Positions 63,318-64,000 of a stretch of DNA of 64,000 nt are shown one piece after another; position 1 is the first letter of the stretch, and every line of letters starts with the position of its first letter. The notes beneath the pieces are model-generated. The model was not told where the DNA came from. It was given only the letters and a program-made list of their open reading frames with translations, and did not search any database. Source of the stretch: Macrostomum lignano (lineage: Eukaryota); NCBI GenBank assembly GCA_002269645.1, contig NIVC01000042.1:124001-188000 (forward strand). Reading direction: 5' to 3'. The translations under genes and the position numbers were made by a program.

Positions 63318-64000
63318 TAATAATAAGTTAGACTAATTATACGAGCGTATTACTTTGTCAGTCGCTCTTTTTAGGCTCAGAGCTAAAATGAAATACAGTT
63401 TGCATTTTGTGCCATAGACAAATTCCATTTTCTTGCGGGCCGAGAATCAGGACTTGCACTGAACTTAGACTGAAGCAAATGCAGTTTGACTCGCGGGCCG
63501 AAGAATGTCGTTTCTCGGCCCGCCCGCAAAATCAAGAAGGAATACAAATCCAGCAGGCTATCTAGGGCAAAAAGTCGGAAATCCTCGTGCCGCTTCGCGG
63601 CCCTCGGATTCTCCTCCTTTCTGCCCTAGAAAGCCTGAAGGATTTATATATTCCCTAGATAGGCCAGTTTGTATTGCGGCTGTAGGGAAGTGCGACCGCT
63701 GTTTTTCGTCACTTGTGTGAAAAAAGCCGACATGGGTTGCTTACATTTTGAGTTCAGTAGCTTAGGGACATTGACGCCTTTTTGAGAATTTGATAGAACT
63801 TCTCATCAATTGAATAAAAAGCTACTCAATCAAACTAAGAATGATGCATTCACTGCAGAGACTCCTGTCACGAATTGCACATTTTTTACATTAGCTTCTA
63901 TGGCCACAAGAGGTTAATGAGTGGCCTATCTTGTGTACATGTATACATGATCTTCAGCTTGGGCGCATCCTCAGACGGGCATCCGTCTAAATAAAATTTT

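Overview
Eukaryotic (metazoan) genomic DNA with spliceosomal introns and a very high load of mini/microsatellites and transposon relics. GC-rich, Gln/Ala-rich coding exons, (GATA)n blocks and TAL-family genes fit a flatworm, and I infer a free-living one such as Macrostomum, but the sequence alone cannot prove this. Seven host genes were reconstructed by eye: a 4-exon Distal-less/Dlx homeobox gene (+, 4282-13030); a co-oriented minus-strand trio of LAMTOR5 (32069-32374), RBM8A/Y14 (exons 29741-30190 and 23598-23711) and an intronless TPMT-family methyltransferase (20757-21659); and three tandem paralogues encoding EF-hand pair + dynein-light-chain-like proteins of the tegument-allergen-like (TAL, Sm22.6-type) family (43794-45913, 53564-54369, 58473-59299) with identical intron phases. 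Mobile DNA includes an intact, very young CsRn1-clade Gypsy LTR retrotransposon inside the RBM8A intron, a three-level nest (PHD/FLYWCH MULE relic < mariner < 48-bp hAT-type micro-element), a second dead mariner, a CpG-eroded P-element transposase relic, a Gypsy pol relic, a possible Crypton deletion derivative and several fold-back elements. The most notable signal is the TAL-like gene cluster, a family usually described as specific to parasitic flatworms.
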